Shown here: one piece after another, positions 1 through 10,865 of the stretch
Numbering within the stretch: the stretch's first letter is position 1
Layout of the letters: every line of letters starts with the position of its first letter
Source: Patescibacteria group bacterium
Lineage (GTDB): Bacteria; Patescibacteriota; Patescibacteriia; JAXHNJ01
Reading direction: 5' to 3'
NCBI GenBank assembly: GCA_034520665.1
Contig: JAXHNJ010000002.1
Location: forward strand, 1-60,229
DNA: 60,229 nt
Made by a program: the position numbers and the translations under genes
Notes under the pieces: model-generated
Seen by the model: the letters and a program-made list of their open reading frames with translations, nothing else
The model's database searches: none
Told to the model about the DNA's origin: nothing

Positions 1-228
1 GCCGCGTCCTTGTCGAGGTGGCCGAATCGGGATGTCTGGTAGCGAACCATGGCGACAGTACCCCGATAGTGTAATATTTCATCCTGGAGCTCGAAGGGAA
101 GAGGTGCTCGTATGGGTTCTCGTAGTTAGTTGGTATAATTATTTTTATTAAAAGGATCATACCTTAATGTTTATATAAGATTTAGTGACTGTACAGGGGG
201 CCGGGAGCTCTGTTAAAATAGGTCGCTT

Positions 229-1650
229 ATGAAGACAAGATTTTGCCCCAGCCCTGACCGGGCTCATACATATTGGAGACATGCGCACAGCGCTGTCTAA
301 CGCCCTGATTGCCAAGCACAATAAAGGGGTCTTCCTGCTTGCGCATTGAAGACACCGACCCTGAGCGCTCCAGAAAGACGAATTCATCGACCACCTGGCC
401 GAAGATTTGCGTTGGCTCAGTTTAGAGCTGGGAAGAGGGTATTGAAGTAGAAGGCGAGCATGGCCCTTATCGCCAATCCCAGCGTAATGGATTATCTACG
501 ATAAATATTATAAGCAGCTCGAAGATGCGGGCCTTGCTTACCGTTGTTTTTGCACGGACGAGCAGCTCAAACTCTCGCGCAAATTGCAGCGAGCAGCGGG
601 TCAACCGCCACGCTATGATGGTCGTTGTGCGCGTTAAGCGCGGATGAGGCCGCAAAAAAAGAAGCGGCTAATATTCCCTCGACGCTGACGTTTTAAAATT
701 CCGCCGGGCGAAGAAGTGAATTTTGTGGATTTAGTGCAAGGCGAAAAAACCTTTAAAACGGACGACATCGGCGATCTGATCACTTCGGCGCGCCAACGGG
801 ATGCCAGCTTTTAGCGTTCTGTAGAATGCAGTTGACGATCTCTGATGGGTGCGACATATGCACTTCGAGGCGGAGACCACCTCACGAATACACCGCGCCA
901 GTTGCTCATGTTAAAAGCTCTGGGCTTAGCGTCGCCGCAATATGGACATTTTGCTTTGATCAATGGTATCGATGGCGCACCTTTATCTAAAAGCGCAAAT
1001 GGTAGCCAAAGTATTAAAGAAATGCGCGCACCACGGCTGATTGGCCCGAAGCTGTTGTGAATTATTTATCACGCCTGGGGCATTATTATCCCGAAAACGA
1101 TTACATGCATGTGGCAGAGTTGGGCGCGATATCTGAAAAATGGATCGACTCGGGCGATCACCTGCACGCTACGACCGAGCACAACTCGAACGATCGGCAA
1201 AAAGAAACCTTTAAAGTATAAAACGCCGGAACAAGTTTGGGAATGGATGGGTGACGCCTGTGCACGCACTTGCGCCTGCCGAGAGAAAAGACGATTTTGT
1301 TGAGCGAGTTACGCCCAGTATTTTATTGCCTGCTGAAGCCGAGCTTCGGGCGCAGCGCGCGTTTGCAGATGATCTGCCTTTATCAGACGAATGTAAATCT
1401 GCACGGCAAGGCGTGGACCCACAAATTTTTCAGCATGCAACTCCGCCGCCGTGGAACAGCACGGCCTGGACGATAAAGCCTGGGTTGAGTATTTAAAAGA
1501 ACATGCAGGCGTAAAGGGAAAGCAATTGTTCCAGCCTCTGCGCATTGCGTTAATGGGCACCTTGCACTGGCCCGGAAATGGATAAAAATGGGTCGCACTT
1601 ATTGGTGATTTCAGAAAAAAGTAATCAATCGTCTTCGCCTCCTTGCTTAA
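229..1650 (+). pseudogene. gltX: glutamyl-tRNA synthetase, multiply frameshifted
   Basis: Translated pieces are [63 protein letters not shown] and [22 protein letters not shown]. They lie in different frames on the + strand, with at least 8 frame breaks by manual reading. Confidence 0.8.
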
Positions 1651-1689
1651 GGGGCAGCCACAGCGTAGCTGTGGCGGGGGGGTTGCTAA

Positions 1690-3120
1690 TATTAAACTGA
1701 GGAAAAACGCGAAAAATTTACAACAGCCTAACGCAAAAAAAAGAAGAATTTAAACCCATCAACGACGGCCACGTTAATATGTATGTCTGTGGCATGACCG
1801 TTTACGATTATTGCCACCTAGGCCACGCACGCACAGTCGTGGCTTTCGATATGATTTATCGTTATTTAAAAGCCAGCGGCTACAAAGTCAATTACCTACG
1901 CAACATCACCGATATCGACGATAAAATTATTAACCGCGCGGATGAAGCTGAAGAAGAGGTATCAACACTCACCGAGCGCTTTATAACATACATGAACGAA
2001 GATTTTGATGCCTTGGGCGCGACTTGCTGACGCTGAGAACCGAGCAAGCTGACTGAACATATGCCTAGCGATATTGTCAGCACTGATTGAACAGCTTATC
2101 GAAAATAAACATGCTTATAAAGCCGACAATAACGATGTTTATTTTTCAGTTAAATCAATTGAAAACTATGGGCGCATTATCTAAGCGCAGCTTAGAAGAC
2201 ATGCGCGCGGGCGAGCGTGTAGATGTAAACCCATTCAAGCAAGACCCCATGGATTTTGTTTGATGGAAAGCGGCAAAACCTGGCGAGCCGTCTTGGGATT
2301 CGCCTTGGGGCAAAGGCCGACCTGGCTGGCACATTGAATGTTCAGCGATGGCAACGGAACGACCTAGGAACAAAGACATTCGAATATTCATGGCGGCGGT
2401 TTTGATTTGCAGTTCCCGCATCATGAAAATGAAATTGCGCAATCCGAAGGTGCCACAGGCGAGAAATCTTGTCAACACCGGCACTATAACACTGGCTCTG
2501 TCAATGTCTGATGAAGAAAAAATGCTCGAGTCGCTTAAGAACTTTTCTACCATTCGTGGAGTAACCTGTTGACGACGCCGAAACCATTCGTTTTACTTCT
2601 TGCCGGGTAGCGACTGTCGCAGCGCTTTAAACCATACGCCGGCAAACTGCAGCAAAAGCACGTGCTTGGCTTCGTAGCGGTCTTTATACCGCTTGACGGT
2701 GGCGGCAATCTTGATGGCCTTCATCCAGAACCAGAGATGATTTCGACAAACGTTTTCATTGAAGCCATGAACGATGACTTCAACACGCCGGAAGCATCAG
2801 CCGTGTTGTTTGATTTATCGCGTGAGTATTACAATAAACAAGAAGATCCTGAACGTGCCGATGAGCTAGCCCTTAAGCTGGTCAAGCTGGGCGAGATTTT
2901 AGGTATTTTACAACGCGACCCAGAAGTTTTCTTGCAAGGTGCACATGACGATGAAGACTTTGAAGCCGAAGAAATTCACGAGTTGATTGTCGAGCGTAAC
3001 CGCGCCCGCATGGCCAGCGATTTTGCTCGGAGCGATGAAATTCCGTGACCAGCTTGGAGCAAAGGGCATTATCCCTGGAAGATGGGCCCGGCAAGGCACC
3101 ACTCTGGCAACGTCGCGCTA
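1690..3120 (+). pseudogene. cysS: cysteinyl-tRNA synthetase, multiply frameshifted, start region lost
   Basis: Translated pieces are [84 protein letters not shown] and NDDFNTPEA, scattered over three frames. Confidence 0.85.
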
Positions 3121-3175
3121 AAAACCCCCGTCGACATCCGCCCTTTGGGCTCATGTGCCTGCCCCCTCGTTGGGG

Positions 3176-3210
3176 GGCTATCTATTCAGCTTTCGCCCCC
3201 TTTCTTAAAG
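3176..3210. repeat. 35-bp direct repeat, copy 1 (GGCTATCTATTCAGCTTTCGCCCCCTTTCTTAAAG)
   Basis: An identical 35-mer recurs at 4604..4638. The two copies bracket the IS110-family element. Confidence 0.9.
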
Positions 3211-3229
3211 TATAAACCTGTCTTACCTG

Positions 3230-4203
3230 TCAAGTATTTTTTGCGATTATATTGGGGTCAAAGGGTTTTCGTGACTTAAGTATTCCATAGATGATGTGCA
3301 CGAGTTTTCGCATGACTGCCCCTATGATAGCCATGGGAGCTTTACCTGCTGCTTTAAGTCTTTCACAGAAGGTTTTAATGAGCGGATTATGTCGCATAGT
3401 AACGATAGCGGGCATATAGAGTGCTTTACGTACGCGGGCATCCTCGATTTTTGAAAGACGTGTGTGGCGTTTAACTGAGCTTCCTGAGCTATGTTGTTTT
3501 GGGCTCAGGCCAAAGAAGGCAGCCATCTGTTTAGCATTTTCAAAGTGCTCAACACTTCCGATACTGCCAAGTACTTGTGCCATGGTTCTATCTGCGATAC
3601 CTGGAATGGTCAGTAACAAGCGACTATCTGAGTCTAAGTCATCGTGGTCTTTGATGTGTTGTTTAATAGTTTTTTTAACTTGTTTGATTTCATTGTTCAA
3701 GGTAGCTTGTACGGTGATAATGGAACCTTTGACACAAGGTTGGGCGACATCTAAACGGTTAGCTTCTTGTTGTGCTAATGCCTGTAATGCATCTAACCTT
3801 GCGACCAGTGCTTGGAGTTCGCGAACACGCTTAGGTTTGGGCTTCCAAGCCTTTGGCTGCATGGCCTGGCAAAAGCGAGCAATGATTTTAGCATCTGCTT
3901 TATCTGTTTTGTTTTTAGCGTGTTCGGATTTGGGAAAGCCTTTGTCACTTGGGCTGGATTGACGACACTCACAAGATAAGCTGCATCATGTAAATAATGA
4001 GCCAAGGCATCGCCATAGACGCCGGTAGCTTCCATACAGAAATGGAGGGGTTGGGTTGTTTGTTGACTTAACCAGCTGAGTAGTTGGTTAAAGCCATCAG
4101 TATTATTTTTAAACACTTTGGATTTTATTTTGTTATTTGGTTTAAGTAAGGCGATATCGAACTTAGCTTTGCCGATATCGATTCCGACAATAAGTTTTGA
4201 CAT
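3230..4203 (-). pseudogene. IS110-family transposase with a single frameshift near 3947
   Basis: The N-terminal ORF 3793..4203 (MSKLIVGIDIGKAKFDIALL...CMEATGVYGDALAHYL..VVNPAQV) is a DEDD-type domain. ORF 3230..3862 carries the C-terminal transposase_20-like part (IPGIADRTMAQVLGSIG..F.NAKQMAAFFGLSPKQHSSGSS). The frame-B extension reads KGFPKSEHAKNKTDKADAKIIARFC. Confidence 0.85.
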
Positions 4204-4478
4204 AAGTACCTACCTTTTAGTAGCATGTGAGTGATGTGTAAGCACCTGGGTAAGTTTTTGTTTCAAAACCAACCTCGTAAATTCAGGTTCATCTGGTTTT
4301 ACCAAAGACCTATGATACCGTCCGGTTTTATAGAACAAATTAGGGATAAGGCGCTAATCTTTAAAGCAGGATTAATGTCCTTAGGGGGCAGACAGCGTCC
4401 TTATCCCTTCACCTAGGGGCTTTCCCTATAATGATTCAACCATATCTGGCCGATAACCTCAATATACGAGGGGCAGCT

Positions 4479-4500
4479 CGCGCAGCGAGCGGGGGATTTT
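4479..4500. repeat. 22-nt direct repeat copy 1 (CGCGCAGCGAGCGGGGGATTTT)
   Basis: The same 22-mer recurs at 4645..4666. It contains the small palindrome GCTCGC/GCGAGC. Confidence 0.85.
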
Positions 4501-4603
4501 GCGCCGCGTCAGGAGCAAAAATTCTCATTTTACAACAACGCCTTGACGCTGAGCCGCGAGTTCATCGAAATACCAAAGCATTGCCACAAAGCCTTTTAAA
4601 GGA

Positions 4604-4638
4604 GGCTATCTATTCAGCTTTCGCCCCCTTTCTTAAAG
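4604..4638. repeat. 35-bp direct repeat, copy 2
   Basis: Identical to 3176..3210. Confidence 0.9.
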
Positions 4639-4644
4639 CAGCGC

Positions 4645-4666
4645 CGCGCAGCGAGCGGGGGATTTT
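4645..4666. repeat. 22-nt direct repeat copy 2
   Basis: Identical to 4479..4500. Confidence 0.85.
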
Positions 4667-4669
4667 GAA

Positions 4670-5762
4670 ATCGTGTATAAATCCATCCAGCCGCATTATA
4701 AATACTCAATGCAATGACTATCGGATAACAGATTTTAATGATCGGCGCGAACCAAACGAGCAAACCTGAAAAACCTAGTGTACTCATTATCCAAGTTACA
4801 CCCAGCGTAATCACTAATCCCCAAATATAGGAAATTCGGTTTTTAGAAATATCTTGTAAAAACTCAGCGAACAGTTTCGTTAGAGCAAGCGCGGTGGTTA
4901 GGCAGGCTAGAATAACAATCATACTGGCGAAAATACCTAATTTACCTGGCAACAAATAATAGGCTAACGCAGTTAAAATCTGCTCGGGCGGAATATTATT
5001 CTGCGCTAGCATATGGCCATGTTTTGCGCTGACGGCAGCAAGGCCTAGAATAAATGATCGCCCAGCATACCGCCACCAATTAAACTGGCCGAAACAGCTA
5101 AACGTAAGGTGCCATATTCGGGTGAATTTGGTCTTTGGCAAAGCTACGCAAGCTAGTGAGCAACAAGCCAGCAAAGAACAGGCGGCAATCGCATTGAAGG
5201 TGAAGTAACCTTCGACTAAGCCATACATAAAGAAGTTTTGTGGTACAGCCTGAATATGGACCACCTCAGGATTCACAAACAGACCTGCAGAAATCATTAC
5301 CAAGCAGAAGATAACCAGCAGTGGCGTTAGAATATACCCCAAAATATAGGCAAAAATATCTCACGAACCGTGCCCAAAAGAGATCAAAACACAGAACAAC
5401 AATGAGAATAGCGGTAATGGCATCAGCAACAGGTCAAAATCCAAGGCGGCATGGGCTACCGTTACAGTACGCGGAATAACCATCAGAGGCCCTAAGAGGC
5501 TTATTCCCAGCAGAATCAGCACCCAGCCAGGCCAGCGGCCCAATCGGTGAAAAAGGCCTTATAGTCAGCTTTGAAGAGCAGCATGCTCAGCAGGCAGAGA
5601 ATCGGGGTGGCAACGGCTGCGAGCAAGCAGGCCACTCATTGCCCAGCCATAGTACTGCGCCGCGTGCTGGCCAACCAGCAACGGAAAGGTGACATTACCC
5701 GCACCAAAGAACATTGCAAAGAGGGTAAAGCCCGTGAGCCATAGAGAGCGTTGTTTCCACAT
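4670..5762 (-). pseudogene. brnQ: branched-chain amino acid transport carrier (LIVCS/BrnQ family), frameshifted and 3'-truncated by the repeat/IS block
   Basis: MWKQRSLWLTGFTLFAMFFGAGNVTFPLLVGQ is a typical BrnQ N-terminus. The gene is split over ORFs 5565..5801, 5361..5543 and 4614..5342. The last about 20 codons of the final ORF read through the repeats. Confidence 0.75.
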
Positions 5763-5875
5763 CACACCATTGTACAGCTTAAGGGGGCCGGGCGCCAGCA
5801 AAGATTAGTCGTATAGCTCAAATAGGTTCGATTTCAGATTGATCCGTAATGCATTATCGAATCTTTCACTATTAC

Positions 5876-5902
5876 TGCGACGCTAACCAAGTATTGTGCA
5901 TC
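5876..5902. repeat. 27-nt duplicate of the folD 3' end
   Basis: TGCGACGCTAACCAAGTATTGTGCATC is identical to 6323..6349, which covers the last nine folD codons. Confidence 0.9.
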
Positions 5903-6318
5903 TAAAATTTGAAGGGTAGTTAATCAGATATCACTGGTACTTCACTAAAGGAATTTACTTATGTTAGTATCAAAGTTTGGGTGGTTTTCAGGAGTATGAC
6001 AATGAACAAGTTAAACTGGGTTGGTGTAAACGTTATGTCTGCTGCGCTTGCTATAGGGGAATCCTTGATGCAAACAGCAGCAGCTCCAGTTTCTGGCAAT
6101 ACTCAAGGCGTACTTGAGTTGCGGAAGAAAGTTCGGGTGACGATAAACCCTTGTTATCAGGCTTAGAAACTTTAGCTCTGGTCTATGGGGTTGCGGCCTT
6201 GACGTTTTGTGGCTTGCTCATATGCTGTAAAAATATGAGAGGAGGTTCTTACTATTCGTTCGAGGATGATGATGCCAAGGAAGCCATGTGCGGAGCTCTA
6301 CATATGGTTCACCAGCAC

Positions 6319-7154
6319 TCAATGCGACGCTAACCAAGTATTGTGCATCAGCATGGCGACGGTCATTGGGCCAACGCCACCAGGTACGGGCGTGATAAAG
6401 CTGGCGCGCTCGCAGGCGGCCTCAAATTCCACATCACCTTTGATGTCGCCATTATCGAGCCGGCTGATGCCCACATCGATGACCACAGCGCCAGGCTTAA
6501 TCCATTCGCCTTTCACCAAACCAGGCTTGCCAACAGCGGCAATCACAATATCAGCTTGCTTAACGTAGATGCGGCAGGTCTGGGTAAAACGGTGGCAATC
6601 GGTAACGGTGGCACCTTGCCAGCAACAACTCTAAAATCATAGGCCGACCAACAATATTAGAAGCGCCGACGACGACAGCGTGCTTGCCCGTGACATCAAC
6701 GTTAATGGCTTCGAGCATGAGCATAATGCCGTAAGGGGTGCAGGGGCGCAGGCCGGGGCGACGCTGGGTCAGGCGGCCTAAATTATATGGGTGAAATCCA
6801 TCCACATCTTTGCGCGGGTCAATGCGCTCGACAATATTGTCTTGGTTAATATGACGCGGCAGCGGCAGCTGCACTAAAATGCCATCAACGGTGTCGTCTT
6901 GGTTGAGTGCCTCGACGAGGCTAAGCAACGCTTCTTCGGTCGTATTTTCGGGTAGTGTTTGCAGATCAGACTCAATGCCTGTTTCTTAGCAGCCTGGGCT
7001 TTGCGTTTCACGTATAAACCAGAGGCCGGATTATCGCCTACCAAGATCACTACCAGACGTGGCGCACGGCCCACCTTGCTGCTTGATCTTTATCAGCAAT
7101 CTCACTTAGTAGTTTGTCGGCGATGGCCTTACCATCAATTAGTTGTGCGCTCAT
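6319..7154 (-). pseudogene. folD: methylenetetrahydrofolate dehydrogenase/cyclohydrolase, at least 3 frame breaks
   Basis: Translated pieces are [52 protein letters not shown] and [16 protein letters not shown], in successive ORFs 7050..7247, 6874..7074, 6560..6928 and 6319..6546. Confidence 0.85.
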
Positions 7155-7249
7155 AGGGATATTATACCGGAGTTTGGAGGTTGTCGCGAACTGTTGTAAG
7201 GGTCGCATTGTATGGAACCCGGTCGATCCAGGCTTATGCTTATTCACCG

Positions 7250-7808
7250 TTTGAGTGCTGTTTGAGCCTCTGGGTTTACCGGCCTTGCCACCAAGCCACT
7301 TTGTGAGAGCTTTACTTCATATTGTGCACCATCGGGCCATCGGGCATAGACGGCACTGCCGTACATGGCGTTGAATCCTGGCACCCAGCGTTGGTGACGT
7401 TTTAACACTTGCCACAAATCATAACTGGGTGAATCGCTCAGCCCATAAACCGTGCGCGGGGAATTCTAATTCTTCGTTCACATCATGGTAACGCCCGGCA
7501 AGCCGATCAAACGATAGAGTGACATCAAAGCCCAATACATTACTGCTCGCTTTCCATTTAATCACCCGCGCATCAAGTTGCCAGTCATTGCCATTCAACA
7601 CATACGTTTCGTTTAAGGTGGAAACAGCGTTTCACATTACATTGTCGCTTCAAACGTCGTATCGTTTAAAATTTCAAAGGCAATCAAACACACGGGTTGT
7701 TCGAATGTTAAGCGGGAATAAATTAGGAAGTTGCTGAAAATCAGAAAGAGCACCGGCTGCAACAGTTAGCAGCAAACTCCAGCGGAAGATTTTAAATTTA
7801 CGTTTCAT
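7250..7808 (-). pseudogene. secreted protein of unknown function, fragmented
   Basis: ATG at 7808 gives MKRKFKIFRWSLLLTVAAGA, which is signal-peptide-like. The downstream reading frame is broken several times, and no family was recognised. Confidence 0.3.
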
Positions 7809-7954
7809 AGCAATATCTTACCTCAAAACTAATAAGTTAGTGTATTGTATTATGGTGTTTAACTTTTTCTGCATTCAGCAGTAAACACGAGGCCACGCAA
7901 ACGCTCGATTGCCATTTAAATTTTCACTCGCAAGCAATGTGCCTCAGCTTTAAT

Positions 7955-7982
7955 TTGACGCCGCCCGGTACTCAGGTATAAT
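7955..7982 (+). promoter_or_regulatory. sigma70-type promoter for tRNA-Pro
   Basis: TTGACG (7955-7960), a 16-bp spacer, then TATAAT (7977-7982). The -10 element ends 10 nt upstream of the tRNA 5' end. Confidence 0.55.
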
Positions 7983-7992
7983 AAGCGAGTTT

Positions 7993-8066
7993 TCGGGGCA
8001 TAGCGCAGTTTGGTAGCGCACCTGGTTTGGGACCAGGGGGTCGGGGGTTCAGATCCCTCTGCCCCG
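7993..8066 (+). tRNA. tRNA-Pro, anticodon UGG
   Basis: Cloverleaf folded by hand. The acceptor is CGGGGCA/TGCCCCG, the D stem GCGC/GCGC, and the anticodon stem CCTGG/CCAGG with loop TTTGGGA. The T stem is GGGGG/CCCTC with one G-U pair. The T loop is TTCAGAT, with G at the usually A58 position. No CCA is encoded. Confidence 0.85.
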
Positions 8067-8219
8067 ATTGATTTCAAGACGTTTCATAGCGTTTCTAGCC
8101 ATTCCAAAATAGACATAAATTCTCTACAAATCAACATGTTATAATGTTCTCACTATAACAAATTGATTTCAATTACTGTTCCAACTTGATTCAGCTGGGT
8201 TTATTAAAATCCGGTCATT

Positions 8220-8292
8220 TTGGAACCCCCAGTGGAACCCAGTGGAACCCCGGTGGAACCCCAGTGGAACCCCAGTGGAACCCCAGAGTGGA
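8220..8292. repeat. tandem array, about 6.5 copies of GTGGAACCCCA (10-11 nt units)
   Basis: Read directly as TGGAACCCCCA GTGGAACCCA GTGGAACCCCG GTGGAACCCCA x3 GAGTGGA. It ends 4 nt before the integrase ATG. Confidence 0.9.
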
Positions 8293-8295
8293 GAA

Positions 8296-9555
8296 ATGCA
8301 TATGAAACAGAACCTCACAGACAGATTTATTCAGGCTATCAAACCTTCCGGATCCGATTGTATGCAGGTGTACTGATCGAAAAGTATCAGGCTTAGTGCT
8401 TAGGGTCACTAAAACGGGAGTGAAGACCTTTTCCTTCCTTTATCGCATGCCTGATAGCGATGTTAAGCGACGGCTTAGTATTGGCAAATACCCCGTTATC
8501 AGTTTGGCTGAAGCTAGAGGTGTGGCGCTTGAAGCAAGTAACAAAGTGTTAAAAGGGGTAGATCCTGCGCAAGAAAAACAACAAGCAAAAGCCACCCCTT
8601 CTTTCAAGGCATATGTTGAGGAGTATAGAAGCAAACACCTAGTTAAGTTGAGGACGGCAGAGGAACAATATCGCATTTTAACTCGAGATGCGGTGCCCGC
8701 ATGGGGCGGTAGAAAAATTACACGAATCACACAGCAAGATGCCTTCAAACTATTGGAAGGGATTAGAAATGGTCAAAATCGAAAATCACCTATTGCGGCA
8801 AATCGTTTACTAGAGCGACTGCGTCATTTGTTCAATGTGGCCAAAAGTGAAGGGGTTATAGAAAAATCCCCCATGGAGGGCAGCAAAAAAACCAAAGAAG
8901 TATCGCGCAACAGGGTATTAGAAAATACTGAGATTAAAAAATTTTGGCAGGGGGTGGATGCTTGTGGTCTTAGCCCACAATTACCATTGCTTTGAAGCTT
9001 GTATTAGTTACAGCACAACGTTCAGGCGAGGTGGCTGAGATGCGTTGGAACGAAATTGACTGGGATAACAAAATTTGGACTATTCCTGCTAGCAGAGCGA
9101 AGAACGAGCAAGAGCATTGCTTGCCACTAAGTGGCATTGCCCTTGAATTGCTTCAAGAGGCGAAAAAACATACAGGGGATAGTAGTTATGTCTTTCCCTC
9201 AACATCAGACCTGCCGATGCGACGCGCTCCTATTGGCCGAGCTGTTAAACGTCACCATAGAGAATGGAATTTGGACCGATTCACCCCCCATGATTTACGC
9301 CGCACAGCACGCACTAAATTAGCTGAGATAGGCGTGAGTGATATTGTTGCTGAACGCGTATTGAATCATAAGCAACAGGGCGTACAAGCCATTTACAACC
9401 GACATAGGTACCTTGAAGAAATGCGCGAAGCATTAGAGCTATGGGGAAAAGCACTATTGAAAATTGTAAATGAAGAGGACTGCGATGGTGATAAGTGGCG
9501 GCAGATATTACGTGAGCTAAAAAGCGGTGGTTCCATGATGCCGATTAGTCAGTAA
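8296..9555 (+). pseudogene. P4-type tyrosine integrase, at least 2 frameshifts (about 8365 and about 8990)
   Basis: LTDRFIQAIKPSG and GLVLRVTKTGVKTFSFLYRM form the DUF4102-like arm-binding N-terminus. LVLVTAQRSGEV, HCLPLS and FTPHDLRRTART..VLNH...Y form the catalytic-domain R..HxxR..Y pattern. Confidence 0.8.
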
Positions 9556-9764
9556 AAAAGAGAAAATTGAGGGTATAAAAAAGCTGCTGACCGATTCTAT
9601 GGGTTAAGGAAGCTGCTAATGATCGAACAAGCTTAGAGTTGCTTGCCATGAAGCTCTTTGACGAGGTGGCTGAACCAAATAATTTAACAGGCTAAATGAC
9701 TTCCAAATATGAAAATATGTTTTACATTTTTGGATAACGATTGTATGGTTTGGTAATTGGAGGA

Positions 9765-10435
9765 ATGATGGAAAAAGAACAATTAAAATTAGTTAAAAGC
9801 CCCAAAAGCATGCTGGCTTCACGCCTGCACGATTGTTTGGCTGACAAGAATATATCTTTGCTTGAACTTTCCAAGATAATCAACATACCGTATGCAACGT
9901 TATATCGTCTATTTAACGACAACACCCCTGATCCAAAAGTATCTGTGCTTAAGGCCTTGGCAGAATATTTTGGACTTTCCCTAGATGCGTTGCTTGACCT
10001 GTCGGATGAGGCTGGCGAAATGCCACATTGTATCCGTGATTATTGATTGGGAGCAGGCAGAAAGTTTAGATAGCGTTGGTCAGCTTGACTTAAACCGTCA
10101 TACGCAGTGGCAAACCTTAGCTAATGAAAGTGCTGAAGGCTTATCTAGCGAAACGCTTGGCGTTAACGAGCAAACCATCTATGTCCCCGCGTTTTCCAAA
10201 AGGCACAGTATTTATCATCGATAAACAAGAGCCACCCCGTGATGGAGACTTGGTGCTGGTAAAGATCAAAGATAGCGAGGGTTTAACGTTGCGCGATCTG
10301 ATGGTTGACCCACCACAGTGGCGGTTGCAGCCAGTCGTACAAGGTTCTGAGCCTTTGGTTTTTGCAAAGGGTAGGCATGAGGTTGTGGGTGTTGTGATGA
10401 TGACGTTGTTTCATGCGCAGGGTGTCGGTATTTGA
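9765..10435 (+). pseudogene. CI/LexA-like repressor (XRE HTH + S24 peptidase), frameshifted between domains
   Basis: The HTH is LASRLHDCLADKNISLLELSKIINIPYATLYRLF. The S24 part is SMSPRFPKGTVFIIDKQEPPRDGDLVLVKI, in a different frame. An RBS-like GGAGG precedes the ATG at 9765. Confidence 0.7.
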
Positions 10436-10568
10436 TGAAAAAACCCATCACCAAGTTAGTATTATTTTATATGGGTAGTTTTTTATTCTGCATTGGCTTG
10501 TTATCTCCTTTCTATCATGAATACAGGCTTGTGGGCACTTCACTTGAGTTTATAAAACTGATATCAAG

Positions 10569-10865
10569 GTGTTTTTTTATGTTGCTGCAGGCATAGTAGC
10601 TATAATTGGATTAAGCTCTTGGCGAGAGGAGCATGCTGAGAAAATGTTCATGATATGGTTACAACAAGTCGTTACCCATAAGAAAATATGCACATTTAGT
10701 AATCGACATTATTACATTGAATCATTGATCAGTTGCTTATATGATGATGAATTTAGTAAAGATATTGGTGTGAACGAGAAAACGAATTATATAAAAACTG
10801 CAAAAAGTATCCAGGGAATATTTAAGAGTACAATGAGAATGTTTATAATTACCTACGTGTTTTAA
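10569..10865 (+). CDS. hypothetical protein with N-terminal hydrophobic segment
   Basis: Open reading frame only, in an AT-richer cargo patch. No family was recognised. Confidence 0.3.
   Translation: MFFYVAAGIVAIIGLSSWREEHAEKMFMIWLQQVVTHKKICTFSNRHYYIESLISCLYDDEFSKDIGVNEKTNYIKTAKSIQGIFKSTMRMFIITYVF

Larger units (their letters stand above)
3211..4603 (-). mobile_element. IS110-family insertion sequence (ends approximate)
   Basis: Contains the IS110-type transposase and is bracketed by 35-bp direct repeats. The exact termini could not be defined by eye, and the right end may lie nearer 4430. Confidence 0.6.

Noticed and set aside
1-50. 5' fragment of a ppiB-like peptidyl-prolyl isomerase on the minus strand (MVRYQTSRFGHLDKDA...)
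   Set aside because: Only about 16 codons lie within the window and their resemblance is weak. The synteny with cysS is suggestive but insufficient to call the gene.
8220-8292. Possible CRISPR array or minisatellite-encoded peptide
   Set aside because: The units are 10-11 nt and contiguous without spacers, and no cas genes are present. The overlapping minus-strand ORF (8215..8409) is just the repeat translated.
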